A DNA stretch of 64,000 nucleotides from Octopus vulgaris (Eukaryota). Under the pieces are notes generated by a model. The model was not told the DNA's origin. It did not search any database and worked only from the letters and a program-made list of their open reading frames with translations. Position numbers and translations under genes: made by a program. The stretch is taken from positions 64,046,001 to 64,110,000 of the forward strand of contig OX597819.1 of assembly GCA_951406725.2 (NCBI GenBank), read 5' to 3'. Positions 44,578-59,011 of this stretch are shown here, in pieces; positions within the stretch are counted from its first letter, which is position 1; each line of letters begins with the position of its first letter.

Positions 44578-45581
44578 ATATATGTATGTATATAAATTTA
44601 AATAATAAGGGTGGAAAGATTGAATATTAATTTAATTAATATCAATTTAAAACCAATGGCCTAGCTTATTTAGAAATCTGAAGATTCAGAAAAATTATAT
44701 TATGTAATATATATATATATATATATATATGTTTGTGTGTATGTGTGTGTGCATGTGTGTGTGTGTGCGCGTGTGTGTGTATGTATTTACCTACACACAT
44801 ACTTGTACTTTTATGGACATGTGGGTTTAAACAAAATAGCGAAAGAAAGCTTATAATTACATGTGTGTGCAGCCATTAACTATACGGACAAAATTGTGAT
44901 CATTACAGTTCATCCATATTAAGATTTCCTCCAACGGCATGCATTCTATGACTATTCATTGCAATGAATTTTTTTTTCTCTTCTTTTTTTTGCTTCTTTG
45001 TGGCCTTTCACAATGAAATTACGCTAGATTTACGGGGTTAAACAAATGCACCTTAGATAATAACCATTTGATATGTGTAGGCAGACACACGTGACATTAA
45101 CGTTTGCTTTCATATATCGTTCCCCACTCACGAATATTTCACTGCAATCAATCCATTATTAGTATAAAACACCTAACAGTGATTATCGCTTTGTGATTAT
45201 ATGTGTTTTTGTACACATACACATCCAAAGACACTACAAACGCACATACAAAGAACTATACTTTTATATATGAGTGTACATGTTTGTGTTTGCATATTTT
45301 GTGCGTTATGGGTGTGTATACAAGAATATTTATGTTTAAGCATCTGTGTATCTGTAAAGGTTAACGTACGGTAGATATACCCATCAGACAGTGTATTCGT
45401 TCCAGCTGAATATCAATAATTGTTAATTACTATCCTATATTATTAGAATTCATTATAGTTTTAATTTTTCTTTCATTTAATTATATTTTTGGAGTTCCCA
45501 CTCATACCTGCATACACGCGCATAAACACACATACATACACACAATCACATATATATACACACATATATATATACATATGC

Positions 45582-45612
<31 letters not shown>

Positions 45613-45640
45613 CGTACATACATATTTGTATATATACGCA

Positions 45641-45707
<67 letters not shown>

Positions 45708-46136
45708 ATGTGTGTGTATGTATATATACACATATATACCTGTATATATGAGGATATCAATACATATATGCACCGAAAACTCTTACAGAATGGCAAGTAT
45801 ATTTATATACATATACATATATATTTATATATATATACACATACAACGCAAGGTATTTACCACTATGTATCATAAATTTCATGCTTATTGGACCTATAAT
45901 TATTTTGGTTTCATTTAATGAACATAACTAAACCAAACATTGAGAACTTATTTCAAGGCTGTTGAATTTTAATTAAAATACAAGTAATACATTTTACGCT
46001 ATGTTGTTGAAGATAAAACTATACACACACGCTCAATAACGTCCATATTTTATATATGTGTGTATGTGTGTATATGTATATGTGTATGTGTACATATTTA
46101 TACATGCATTTCTCTCTCTCTATATCTATGTATGTT

Positions 46137-46215
<79 letters not shown>

Positions 46216-46715
46216 GTATGCATACATCTTGGTACAGATAAGAATGTCGGCTTATTCGCGTCTCTATCACGTCTGTTTCCTCATATACAGTATAAACATT
46301 CTATTTGCTCAGTATCATTTCTAAAAATAATATTAGCGAGCTATCTTTTGATAAATTGAATCAACATATCATTATGAATCATATTTTTAAAAAATTAATG
46401 AAACATTATAGAATACGCAAAATACAAAATCGTATTAATCATAATATTCTTAATCACATCTTCCGATTATTTACATGTTCTCATTCGCTAGCATACAGAA
46501 ATATGCGAGCAAACTTACATGTGTATGAAAGTGTAATTTATATATAAACATACACGCTTAATTATATTTAAATACATATATGTAAATGCATCATATTGCG
46601 CATATATGCGTTGACTCTCAGTCTATCTATCTACCTATCTATGTATGTATGTATCTATCTATTTTTCTATCTATCTATCCATCTATCCATGCATCCAACT
46701 ATCTATGTATCTATG

Positions 46716-46756
<41 letters not shown>

Positions 46757-47330
46757 GTCTATCTATCTATCTATCTATCTTTCTATCTATCTATCTATCT
46801 GTCTGTCTGTCTATTATTTCATCTATATGTATGTACGTATGCTATCTCTTAGTTCACTTTATGTGTTCCTTCAAGCCCGTCGAGTATATAGCATATCAGA
46901 GAAAAAAGAATATGTGAAATTTGATAAGTATACAATGACCTGGTTACTCTATTAGTATGATTGTGTTGATAAAAATAAGCAGGACATAAAGTCAAAAAAT
47001 GATACGATGAGACGAAACATGATTTAGTTTTGATTCATATGTAGCTGCTTCATTTATAATTAATTGTAAGGAAGTTCATCCTGTACGAAATGAATTGTAA
47101 TTTATTCAAAGTCATTCTAACCCATCTGGTAGAGGCAAATAACGTAATGCATTATGATGTAAGTCAAGGAAAACATGTTTTATGAGCTAGGTACCTTTAG
47201 AAAAAGTTACAGGACCTGTTATTTAGCATGTCACCGGCAAGATAATGATGAACTTGGGTCGAAACGATCGTAGGAATTATTAGTTGTAGATTCTATTTTC
47301 TCCTTCTCTCATGTTACATATATTTATATT

Positions 47331-47341
47331 TGATGATGATA

Positions 47342-47376
<35 letters not shown>

Positions 47377-47392
47377 AATAATGATGATAATG

Positions 47393-47453
<61 letters not shown>

Positions 47454-47466
47454 TAATAATAATAAT
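47331..47466. repeat. (GAT)n/(AAT)n microsatellite
   Basis: Direct reading. Confidence 0.95.
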
Positions 47467-47485
47467 ATATCCGTATATACATACG

Positions 47486-47535
<50 letters not shown>

Positions 47536-48474
47536 TGCATATCCGTACTGATTTTTTTTCAGCAGTTTTATTGCGCTCAAAGGAGTGTAGATTATAAATG
47601 ATTGCAACATAAAATTTGATTGTAAACAGTATAGATATTTACAATGGAATCTCGTTTCTCTGATCGTTTCGCTCAAATTTGTAAAAATCTAAGTTATACA
47701 TTTACTGTAGAGTTGTCGCTACGGATTCACTCAGTAAATATTCGTTTTGCATAACTGAGAAAGCGATTAATATAATCATTTAGTTCAACGTATGCTAAGT
47801 GAATAAGGATCTCTCATGTAACATAATAGAGAGGTAGGTTAACAGAATAAATATAACCTTAAATTCAAAAGATTTCATGTTTTCGTGTTTGTTAACATTT
47901 TCCCTGAAAATATATTTCTGAGGTATCTTGTCAATTATAAATTTTCCAAGTTGGAAATCTATATTTCCTCTATAAGAAAATCTCTGTTAGAGACGAAAAT
48001 AATGTCTATCCTGAGAAGTAATTTTTATCGTCACACTTAAACACGGGTGTTTTATACGAATGGATGATACTGCTATTTTAACCCCAAGAAAACGCCCTCT
48101 CCATCTGGTTATTCAGTGCACTTCGCACTCAGTACATATTGGAACCGGGAGAGAACTGTCTATTATTCCAAGTCCAGAAATCCAGAATGCACGGTTTCGA
48201 CTTTATTGAGGTTATACTCTAGCTACATTGTATATGTAGGCCCTTCCTATGTGTTATATTATGTAACACCGAAATGAATTTCATTGTGCAATTCCGTAGA
48301 TATTTCATTTAAAAGTACTAAAAGATATTTGTATTACCATTTGTAATGTATACACTTATATATATTCACGGTGTTATGCATGTGAGTGTAATTTAGCAAA
48401 AACCTTAAATAGCAAAAGCCTAGTGTAACTTTATTAAACTTTGAGCACGTCTCCTATAAGCTTTCTCTTCGCAT

Positions 48475-49200
48475 TATTCTCTGAATCTTGCTTCAGTTCC
48501 GATGGGAGCCTTACTACCGAACTGAAGTCGGCCACATGCCTGCTCTAAATGGTTCTCATTCTTTTGAACATCACCTGAATAAAGTCACTCTTGAGTGGAG
48601 TTATGGTTATGTGGCGATGACAGTTAGCCTCCAAAAATTGCTCCAAACATAGTAGTCTACAGAATTGAAATCTAACGAGGTTCAACTCCTCAATATTGGT
48701 GTAACGTCATCGTAAACATTATCCTGGATTGCAATGATTTTGAGAGATCGTGCTATATGCTTTGTTGAAATACGTATAACATTCTACTACATATTTCATC
48801 CATCTTACTCTCACCAATCTCCATCACCTCAATCTATCTTGCGTTACGAACTCTAAATTCATGCGGAAGGTGTGGTGGCACGATATGACTTCCGTTATTC
48901 AATAGTATTAAAATCATCGCAATTGCTGAAAACGCAATGTGCATCACTATGTGGACATCAGAAACATATGTATATAGAACATTCTGTCATTTCTCCTGCA
49001 TGACTTTTCTTGACCAAAGTTTTCCTCATCAGAGAAGAGCCAAAACACACCACATCCATGAAGGTCTTTTACGTTGTTACATAAAATTAAGGAACTGGTT
49101 AAATAGATGAATTGTATCTTTGCAAATATGTATTTCCCTTTCTTTAGTACCGTACACATAACTTATATCGAATGTCATTGTGCAAGTCACTTTTGAAGGT
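48475..49200 (-). mobile_element. Decayed Tc1/mariner-superfamily transposase, maT/DD37D-like
   Basis: Minus strand gives FWLFSDEENFGQEKSCRRNDR (cf. FSDEKNF..N.RNDR), VPPHLPHEFRV, SLDFNSVDYYVWS (cf. SPDLNPLDY.VW) and ACGRLQ..RFRE*. Confidence 0.75.
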
Positions 49201-49527
49201 TCACGCCGACAGCTAAATTTGTTCATTGATGTTTTAGTTCCAAACACAAATACTACTTGATGCATTGTAATATTTTTAGAGTGTTCGTATGATTATAAGG
49301 AATTTTTGCTATTTGGTAGTTGAAAAATTCTCGCAAGGTACTCTCTGAGAACAAAATATGCTGCAATACTGAGAAAGGTGGCAATTCCTCAACTGCTGTG
49401 TTCAGCATATATGGCAGAAATAGCTGCCTGTCTTCCCACTTTTCCTTTTAGTGTTATCATATTATGTGTGATGAAGGACTTCAAAGTAGTAAAAACCTTT
49501 CATTGATTTGCAGAGAGTAATATAATA

Positions 49528-49737
49528 CAGTAGTCTCTCGCCTTATCACGGTGTATTATTTAAGCTTACGTAGATTCCCCCGTGGTGTTGTTTTGCATTT
49601 ATAATAAAATAAATATATACAAATTATAAAAATAGTAAACAGAAAATATACAGTATACTACTCTTTCTACTTCGCGGATGTTCAACTATCTCGGAGGGTT
49701 TGGGGAGATAACAACCGCGATAGTCGAGAGATTACTG
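49528..49737. mobile_element. pogo/Tigger-like MITE
   Basis: TA-cagtagtctctcgccttatcacgg ... ccgcgatagtcgagagattactg-TA. Confidence 0.85.
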
Positions 49738-49937
49738 TAAGACATCAGCATATTTGTTATTTCCTGCACCCCGTATTATGCATTCTTTACGTACGTACAT
49801 AAACATAAACACACACACAAGACACGCTGGCATACATACTCACATATATGTTTATATAACTACACTTAGGCGCAAATGTACCACCATACACACACGTACA
49901 CAAACATATATTAATATGTGTGTATATCTATCTATTT

Positions 49938-49990
<53 letters not shown>

Positions 49991-50305
49991 AGAGAGAGAG
50001 GGGCAAACATAGAAAGAATAACATTTTGTTATATAAGCAATTCTTTCCCCGTAGGGACATCTACATGTTTTAACATAAATATGCATAATTATTACGGCAA
50101 TGAAAAAATAATTGGGTAAATTACTTTGGTCAAACTCACGGATATTGAAAATTTGAGGAATATACATAAATAAGCATATACACATACAGATACACACATG
50201 TGTCGGCGCATGAATATGACTATGAACATACAGACTCACATGACATACGTGTTGGTACGTGTGGATGTGTAAGTGTATGCGTGTATGTATGCATATTGTA
50301 TATTT

Positions 50306-50340
<35 letters not shown>

Positions 50341-50421
50341 TATTTATGTATGTATGTGTATATATATACATATATATACATATATATATAAGTATTTATG
50401 TATGTATGTGTATATATATAC

Positions 50422-50466
<45 letters not shown>

Positions 50467-50891
50467 TACAAACGCGTAAGGAGGACACATAAAAGCACAC
50501 GCACAAAAGAGACGGTATGTGTAATACTCTGATTTATATAAGCAATGACTTTCCTATAGGAATATCTAAATGTATTAGCATAAATATGCAAAATTATTAT
50601 GGCAATGAAAATATAATTCCATGAATTATGTTGGCCAGACACAGGTACGTTAAAAATATAATTTATACATAAAAATATAATATATACATGAACTCACGCA
50701 CACACGCACACACACACACAAACACACACACATGCAAACATGTACACATACGTGTGCATACACTCATGTACATATATATGATATATGATATAAATAATAT
50801 ATATTGTTGTACACAGTTCGCGACCACCTGTGTCCATATGCGCATATATGTACGTATAGATAGATGTATAGATGTATGCATGCACATTTAC

Positions 50892-50941
<50 letters not shown>

Positions 50942-50970
50942 GTACATATATATATATATATGTATATATA

Positions 50971-51068
<98 letters not shown>

Positions 51069-51648
51069 TATATTATATTTTTATATGATTGAACGCTACG
51101 CAGAGTGAGTTTTATATATATATATATATATGTATATATACACTAACGTTAAGACATTTGGGAAAGCAGATGTCGAACGTTGCTCGTGGGACACATCCAC
51201 ATGTGTAGAAAAGGAACCATTTGAATATTTATATATATTTTTGAATCTGTATTCTCTCCACCGGGAAATCCTATGTTTTTGAGGTCACAAGACTTTGGAA
51301 ACTTCAAGAGAAGATGGTTCTATTCCTGCATTAGAGAGTTGGATCTTGAAGCAGATACGTAATCAAGATTAGCGCGAAAATATATACAGGTGATGTACGG
51401 TCGAATCCCACCTGTAGCCTATGAATTTTCTTTTCATCCAAGGAGCTTTCGCACAATAATTACAGTCTATCTTCCGTATTTCAAAAAATACGCAGCTTGC
51501 ACATAAGTTTGTGACATAAACATTTAATCGAACCTTCCTGATATCTGTTCCGTTTTACGAGTGCCAAAAATGTAATTCCCTGCCATACGTACGTACATAC
51601 ATACAAACATACATACATACATAATACATACATACATACATACATACA

Positions 51649-51679
<31 letters not shown>

Positions 51680-51683
51680 GTAA

Positions 51684-52205
51684 AATACCCTGTTGCTGAA
51701 GTTGAAATTCCAATGAAGGAGGTTTGGATCTAGGTTAGAAACCGGCTCTCTCTCTGCTGGCAAGAAATCTTGAAACAAACTGAACAATAATACTGATAGA
51801 GATATATATAGATTTATGTGTTTCTTGTAGTATTTAAAGTCAGTGCATGCATACAGGCATACAAACTCAGAAAGGAGAAATCCAATTCGAAGTCTACAAA
51901 TCCAATCCATCACTGGAATTGTAAAAATTTGCAAAACTTTCCAGAAGTTTAACATTTAATTATAATGTGCATATCTAAATATGCAAGTTTATACACCTGA
52001 AGACATTCATAATGCAAAGCCTTAAAATCTGCACGGATACATACATACATACATACATACATACATACATACATACATTCATACAAAAATACATACAAAC
52101 ATACCCTGTTAATGTAGAAATCTCAATGAAAGAGCCTATAATCTAGGTAATAAGCCGACTTCTCTTTTGGTAAAAAGAATCTCGAAATAAAGGTGAATAA
52201 TAACA
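51684..52205 (+). repeat. Two diverged copies (51684-51792, 52101-52205) of a ~105-bp repeat, each following (CATA)n
   Basis: Shared ataccctgtt..gaaat..caatgaa.gag..atctaggt..aa.ccg.ct..aatct.gaaa.aaa..tgaa.aataa. Confidence 0.7.
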
Positions 52206-52697
52206 TACATACGTTATTAGCTACGGAAAGATACTCTGTAACTCATGAATTATTACATCCAATCACATCAATTTGAACTTAAATATGTTGTTCTGAATAG
52301 TGTTTGCCATTATTTATCCTCGTATAGGCTTTTGGTTAAAAAAAGCACTTAATATATTGGCTGGTAAAATCCGTCAAGATTGTGACTTTCGAATTGCCAC
52401 CAGCCAAGCATTGAATGTGATATCAAATATTAGTAGAACTAATATAGTTTGCAACCGCAGATGTCGCAAAGAAAGCTGGCAGGCTGAGTGTACATTAGCA
52501 ATTAGTGAAGAAAGTAGCGTTTGTAATGAATAGTAATTATCACCTCCAACTTAACTTGCTCGTGGGGGTTTTTTTGAGCACCAGTGACAGCGAAACGTGA
52601 TTTGCAATATACGATGATACAACAGTGTCATCCCGCAGAGTTGACAAAATGTTTGCAGTCAATATAATATGTGCTTTTCATAGCTCTTAACTCATAT

Positions 52698-52963
52698 ACG
52701 AGGCAGTATCAAAAAGCTACCGGAGAAATAATGTTTACTAAAAAGAACGTATCGTCTAAGTTTTAACATCATCTTCAAAATGTATTGCGCAGCAATATAG
52801 CGGCCCCAGCGTCCACTCCACTACTGGAATCTGGTCGGGAAGGCGTTTCCCGTAAGCGAGTCGAGGACCTTCTGCAATTCTCTCTGGATCTTGACAACAG
52901 TATTAAAACAGCGTCATTTGAGCGGCATTTCCATCTTGGGGAAAAAGTCGAAGTTAGCAGGAA
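52698..52963 (-). mobile_element. Mariner transposon 3' fragment with one TIR
   Basis: TA-cgaggcagtatcaaaaag terminus; minus strand PKMEMPLK*RCFNTVVKIQRELQKVLDSL..FQ*WSGRWGRYIAAQ resembles the mariner C-terminus. Confidence 0.75.
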
Positions 52964-53181
52964 ACCCGCCCTTATGAGCCAAGCATGAATTGAGAAGGAA
53001 CAAACAAGAACAACAAACAATGCTAGTGGTTAATTATCTGCGGGATTTTCCTCTCGGTATCCGTTCCCCTGTTATTTTAAGTTACTAGCATTCTTTTCTG
53101 TAGACAACTGGCTTATATATTCACGACCACTGTCAAACCCCTCCTCATCATTAACAACATCGAAACGCTACAAATTTCGAT

Positions 53182-53513
53182 TTTACATTTGACCGGTTTA
53201 CATTATTACTGCGATAGTTTACATTCATTTATCCTTCAGTTAAGTTGTTGTTGTTGCTTTTGTGCTTCTTCTTCTTACTATTATTATTATTACTACTATT
53301 ATTATTATTACTATTATTATTACTATTATTATTATTACTATTATTACTATTATTATTATTATTATTTATTATTATTATTATTATTACTATTATTATTATT
53401 ATTACTATTATTATTATTACTATTATTATTATTATTACTATTATTATTATTATTATTTATTACTATTATTATTATTATCATTTATTACTATTATTATTAT
53501 TATTATTTATTAC

Positions 53514-53552
<39 letters not shown>

Positions 53553-53827
53553 AGTCACTGCCTGGAATCGAACTCTACGTCATATGCCCGTGGCATATGG
53601 CGTAATGGTTAAGAGTGCTGTCTACTAACCCCAAGATTCCGAGTTCGATTCCAGGCAGTGACCTGATAAATAACAACAATACTAATAATAACATCGAAAA
53701 TACCCTAGGAATGTGAACCCAGGCTCGAAATTTCCCCAAGACTGGCGGGTATAACAACTGAAACGTTGTGTCAGCAACAAATAAATGAGGACAAATATCC
53801 GTCGGATGTAAATAATGTAAATAATGT
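53182..53827. mobile_element. Family P: head-to-head tRNA-like heads, (TAA)n, Penelope-like tail (HHR partly deleted)
   Basis: Axis tacgtcatatgcc-cgt-ggcatatggcgta (~53590); A-box tggcgtaatgg and B-box gagttcgattcc; tail matches 12605-12750. Confidence 0.75.
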
Positions 53828-54800
53828 TCACTTATCCTTATCAAAATAAAGTTGCACATTAAGTAACATAGTTAATGTTTATTTATTTATTTATCCAGAA
53901 AACTTTTTCCATTAATTTTTCCATGCTTTTATTTTCGTTCAATGTTTATGTACTTTAAATACTATGGCTTGAGACGTGTAGGATACGTTTGAATGATCAT
54001 TCTTTTCTCAAGTTCATATCAGCGGAACGTCTGCCACTGAATTATTTCAGACAAGGTCGGCTGGCATAAGTAAGTGTGTATGCAAATACGCCATCCATAT
54101 GCTCTATTATATTTAAAATATATTTCTTCGTACACCATTACCAAACCTAAGTCATCGGATCATTTATTCTGTATATTGACATATGATTAAACATTTCAGT
54201 GCAACTATTTACTCTGTAAAATTGCATCGAATTTACAATAATAAACAATCGCGATCAATATCGATACGTAGATATGGTTGAATGGTTAAACTGTTCGCTT
54301 GGCTACCATGAGTTCGATCAAATTGCATGGAACTCTGATGAATTGTCTTCTCTCATAATTTCTTATTGAACAATGTTTTGTCAGTGCAATTTCATAGAAT
54401 AAACTAGAAAGTGTGTGTTTATACGTGTTTACTTTTCCTCTTGTTTGTTTATAGTGTTGTAAATCGTCGTAAATAAGTGTGATATCTCCTCCATAAACAG
54501 TAATTTCCATTGAAGGGTATAACTCAAGTTATCTTAACAAGTCTCTCAGAAGAGAAAGAAAATCTGATTTCGATACTGTTTGCTAAACATTTAGAAGGTT
54601 TTTCTCTAAGTATTTGGCAAACGGTCTAACTAGAATCTCATGACTGAAATTAGTAAAAGATTAAAAGGAATAGAGCAAAAGAAAAAGTATGTGAATAAGA
54701 CAGGGCATCTTGCCAGTATATTTTTTGTAATTATGTGACAAGAATGTTGTGCTAAGGCAAGGCTTGATATATATATTCATAAATGTATAACTGGCATCTA

Positions 54801-55359
54801 TTCGGTAGTCCGGAAAGCCTACTTTTAAAGGAAAGAAAATGATCAATAAATATTTGCCATTACATTTTTGAACAACCAAATATGAATCATTTTGCTGCGC
54901 AATGCGTCTCCATCTTTCCATTAACTTGAAAATACCCTCTTCCTAGAATTGAGATGGTTTCATTGCGTAGAATTCATCAAGGTATCTTTTTACGTCATCC
55001 AAGGAATTGAAATTTTTACCATTAAGACTATTCTGCAGAGACCTGAATAAGTGGAAATCCGATGGAGCAATATCTGGGGAATTTAAAGCGTGGGGTAACA
55101 CATCCCAGCCGAGCTGCAGCAATTTTTGTCTGATTCCCAAATCATCAAGTGCCGAAAATGAACTTTCTTATCTTCCGTTTAAAGTGTTACAGAATTAACA
55201 CATGTTATAGGAACATAAATCTTCTTCCACGAAAAGATAGCTTAAACTGTGTTCGAAATGGACGTGTACTTAAATCCTATTTCATGGAATCAACCATGTC
55301 CTAAAATAAGTCGAAAGTCCAGCTACTATAAATTGTCACGAAATTTCCGGACAACCCAA
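54801..55359 (-). mobile_element. Internally deleted mariner element
   Basis: TA-flanked TIRs ttcggtagtccggaaa / tttccggacaacccaa. ORF LLQLGWDVLPHALNSPDIAPSDFHLFRSLQNSLNGKNFNS, then ERWRRI..QN. Confidence 0.9.
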
Positions 55360-56795
55360 TATTATCTAAACTACAGCTAGTGTTGATTTTTTTTTATATA
55401 TACAGTCCATTTGTAATAACATGTGACAAAATTTTGTGAAAGCATGACTGATTGTCTCAGTTCATTATGCTGCAGAGTCTAGGTTTAGATATGTTGCATA
55501 AATGAAAAATTTAATTACGTGATCAGTAGTTTTTAATGTATTAGTTACAGGTGCACATTAATTTTTATTTCATTGAATTTTATTACAGACTTAATTTGTG
55601 ATCACATTATGATCAGTTCATAATATTTAGTACCTGACAACTGGCTACAATATTGTGGTATCTGTAACGCATTAATCTTCTATTTTGTCAATTTAACGTA
55701 CTCCACGTTAACAGTGATTAAATAAAACAATCATTTTCATAAGGACGTACCATCTAAATGAGGAATTCTATTCTTATCCACTTTACACGAATGAGTTTGC
55801 CGAAAATTCCAGCGTATTCATAATCCACTGAAACAGATCCAATTTATATAATAATTAGCAATTAATATATAAAAGCAAAAATATTATGAATATATCAAGT
55901 TTTCTTTTCAAAAATAAACATTTATCTCTATTTTGTTAAGTTTATATCATACTTCCAGAGAATTTACTTGGGTCCAGCATATGCTTTCTGATTTCATAAG
56001 TTGATAAAAATCTATCGTTGCGATTCGAAATTAGATGCGAAACAACAAATTAATGGTAATATTGCCGGGTATGAAATTCGGTATTTTTTCAACGAAATAC
56101 ATATGATTGAACTTTATTACAATATCTATTTCCGAGTCATATAAATTATATGCATACAATTTAAATATGAGACAATTGGGTAGAGATTGCAACTAAATAT
56201 TTGATGAATGTAATGTGAACGAACCGCATGTGATGGACCCAGAAAGTGGACAATGAATTCGTTTCATACTCGCATATTTGACACAATAACTCTAAGATAT
56301 ATACATGTACACATCTCCGCCATTTGGAGAAATTCAGAAATTAATAACAAAGGGAATGTTGTAGGAACTCCATTAATGGGAAAAACAAATCGTCATAGAA
56401 TCCAAAATGGCATGCATAACTAATACTCTAGGAAAGACATAGATATCACAACGACCCGTTTGGCATCGTCTAATGGTAAGAAATATTGCATCTAGCACAT
56501 AACATTAATCGCTGTAGGTTGTGTCTTAAGATTGAAATCGATATGAAACACTAGCAACTAAGATGGGCAATTTAATGAGATATTATACTAGCTGTTCCCT
56601 TGAGGTGAGTGCATTCTGATTATGAATAAAATACTTGAATATCAATCGCCTGAATTTGTTCGCTAACTTATCAAGTATAGTTTATTGCTAAACAATGAGT
56701 GAGAGTTAAAGAATAGAATGATAAGCACCTTTTTCAAGTGTTCCGCAATGTATGATTCGCTTATCATATGAAACCTGGTTTAAGCAAACATCACT

Positions 56796-56845
<50 letters not shown>

Positions 56846-56856
56846 TATAATTATAA

Positions 56857-57000
56857 TGAGAATGAATAGTACTGAAAATAAGTGGACAAAGAAAAGAATG
56901 CATGGGCAATTTCATAGGGATGTTGAAGATAAGATAGAGTAAAAAATGGCTATGGAAAACTTAAGGTGATTTATAATTGGAAACGAAGGCTCTAATTTTT
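56857..57000 (+). mobile_element. Short fragment of a second R4/Dong-like element following (TAA)n at 56797-56856
   Basis: WTKKRMHGQFHRDVEDK..WLW..GDL*LETKALI parallels WQEKPLHGKY..WLRSSGLKAETEGFLI at 1702-1840. Confidence 0.7.
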
Positions 57001-57144
57001 CTTACCTTAGTTCACTGTTGGTGAACAGCTGACACCATAGTACATCTTCAGCGTTAGAAGTTGTGCAAAGACAATGAAAAATTAATATTAACAACAACAA
57101 AAAACTGAATAAAGATAAATGTAGATTTGAATAAATCAATCAAA

Positions 57145-57300
57145 TCTACTGAAAGTACAAGGCCTTATATTTGGGGGAAGAGATTAAGTCGATTCAGTGT
57201 GTAACTGGTACTTATTTAAACGACTCCGAATTTAAAGACGGACAAAATACCGCTGAGCATTTTGCCTGGCGTCTTAACGGTACTACCAGCTCGCAGCCTT
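57145..57300 (-). mobile_element. SINE family A, internally deleted
   Basis: acaaggcct..ttggggaag..gtaactggtactta..agcattttgcctggcg..ccagctcgcagcc. Confidence 0.75.
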
Positions 57301-58976
57301 AGGTAGGTATCTAATTATTTCTGTTAGAAATAATATTTTCTGAAATAGACAAAAATCCCGCAATTTTAGGAAGTAGTCAGTCGACACGTTAGGTAACGGT
57401 ACTTAGCAAAATTAACGGGTCGTAAGGCAGTATTAAATTCATCTAAATTTGGCAAAAAAAGAGAAAAGAACAGAGCATATAGCTGAATGAATTTTACAGA
57501 TGCTCTAGTTCTTAATATTATCGACAGTGTAAGGATGAATGGCATAGTTAACGAAAAGATGCGTCAAAGATTCAGCCTGTTCGTCGCATTATAGGTCGGC
57601 GGGAATGTCAATGAATTGTCCGCTCCAAGTATCTCAGCAAGAATGTGATGACTACGAATATAGGCTCAAATATCTCTACAAAATATTTTCCTCACATTTC
57701 TTTCTGTTGCTAGATTCCTACCATTCAACTCCATATTGTATATTATAACATATCCTTATAAGAAAATATTCAGAGTAAGAGACATTCCCTTTGAAGCAAA
57801 TAATTTCAAAGTATATTTCTTCTTCGGTATAAATTGATTTGCTCTGGTTCATACTGGATCGAATAGGCTTGTGATCAAAGGCATTCTAAACACATGTATT
57901 GAGCCATTTCATTGGAATTATAGTTCCGTATTCTCTATTTTGTCTTAATATATCTATGGTGGCATTACATTCACTAAATGACGAAGGAAATCTTCACTAA
58001 TATTTCGATTTGGTCGAAGAGCACGTATGCAAATTCTCAGCATTTTAGCTTTCTGATTGTGTTAGGCACTAAATGATATGTACGCCATTTCTAACAATTT
58101 ATGCACTAAATTTAACGATTAAATAACATTTACAGCATCAGTAAATGGCGAAAATGGTGAGATTCAATTTCCTTCATATGTTGAAATGCAACATACGTCC
58201 TCCGTTTAGCTCAAAGTTTTAACATATTTGATGGAGAGAAAATCAATATTGCGTCCTTTTTTAAGAATATATACAGCCTTTATTCTTTGGGAAAATGGAG
58301 ATTTGTGATAGTGGAACGAGCCTACGTTGTTTCAGACATCATTAGATGTATGTGTGAAGTGACTTGGAAATAGATTTTAGCTATTGATCAAAACAGCATA
58401 AAGTTATCTTCTAACTCAAAACTTTAATCATTCTCTACGGCGCTCCTTGATTCAATGGAAACAATATAGGAATTATGTGTGAATCTATGTGATATCTTCA
58501 CATGAGAAGTAAAAAAAAAAAAATAGAAAAGAATCATATTGGTTATTCAACCTGTTTGTGCTTGTTCATCTGCGTTTTATTATTATGTGAGACTAAAACA
58601 CAAACAAGATAGAAGCTGATGATTTTGATTTTGAATGTTTATCTGTAGGACTGCCCAAGGTAAGAAGATGAAAGAGATATCAAATCCCGTATCTGACTGT
58701 GCGTGTCTTCCTATCTCGAACGCCTTGCATGCGACAATAATATAAACAAGTATTGAAATATTATGAACTATACGTCGCAATGTCGATTTGCTAGGAGGTT
58801 AGTGTTGAAATAGAAGGAGCTGTAATTGTAAACTAAAGATAAAAAGATGATGCCATCCATTGAAATTTTAATTACAAAATATAGATTTGCTATATAATAA
58901 TAAAAATTATCAATACTAGTGATAACTTGAATCGAAAGAAGAACAAGGAATACAACTAATAATCAATCCCAGGTTA

Positions 58977-59011
<35 letters not shown>

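Noticed and set aside
44600-44700. Fragment resembling the start of the 490-bp HHR unit (agggtgg..acca..ggcctag) in TA repeats
   Set aside because: Similarity is too short to assert by eye, and no HHR is present.
49020-49035. Minus-strand CTGATGAG..GAAAAC as a hammerhead
   Set aside because: It encodes the transposase FSDE motif; there is no room for helix II.
53592-53665. tRNA gene with ACT anticodon
   Set aside because: The acceptor and anticodon stems pair poorly and the sequence is part of a repeated element; treated as a SINE-like head.
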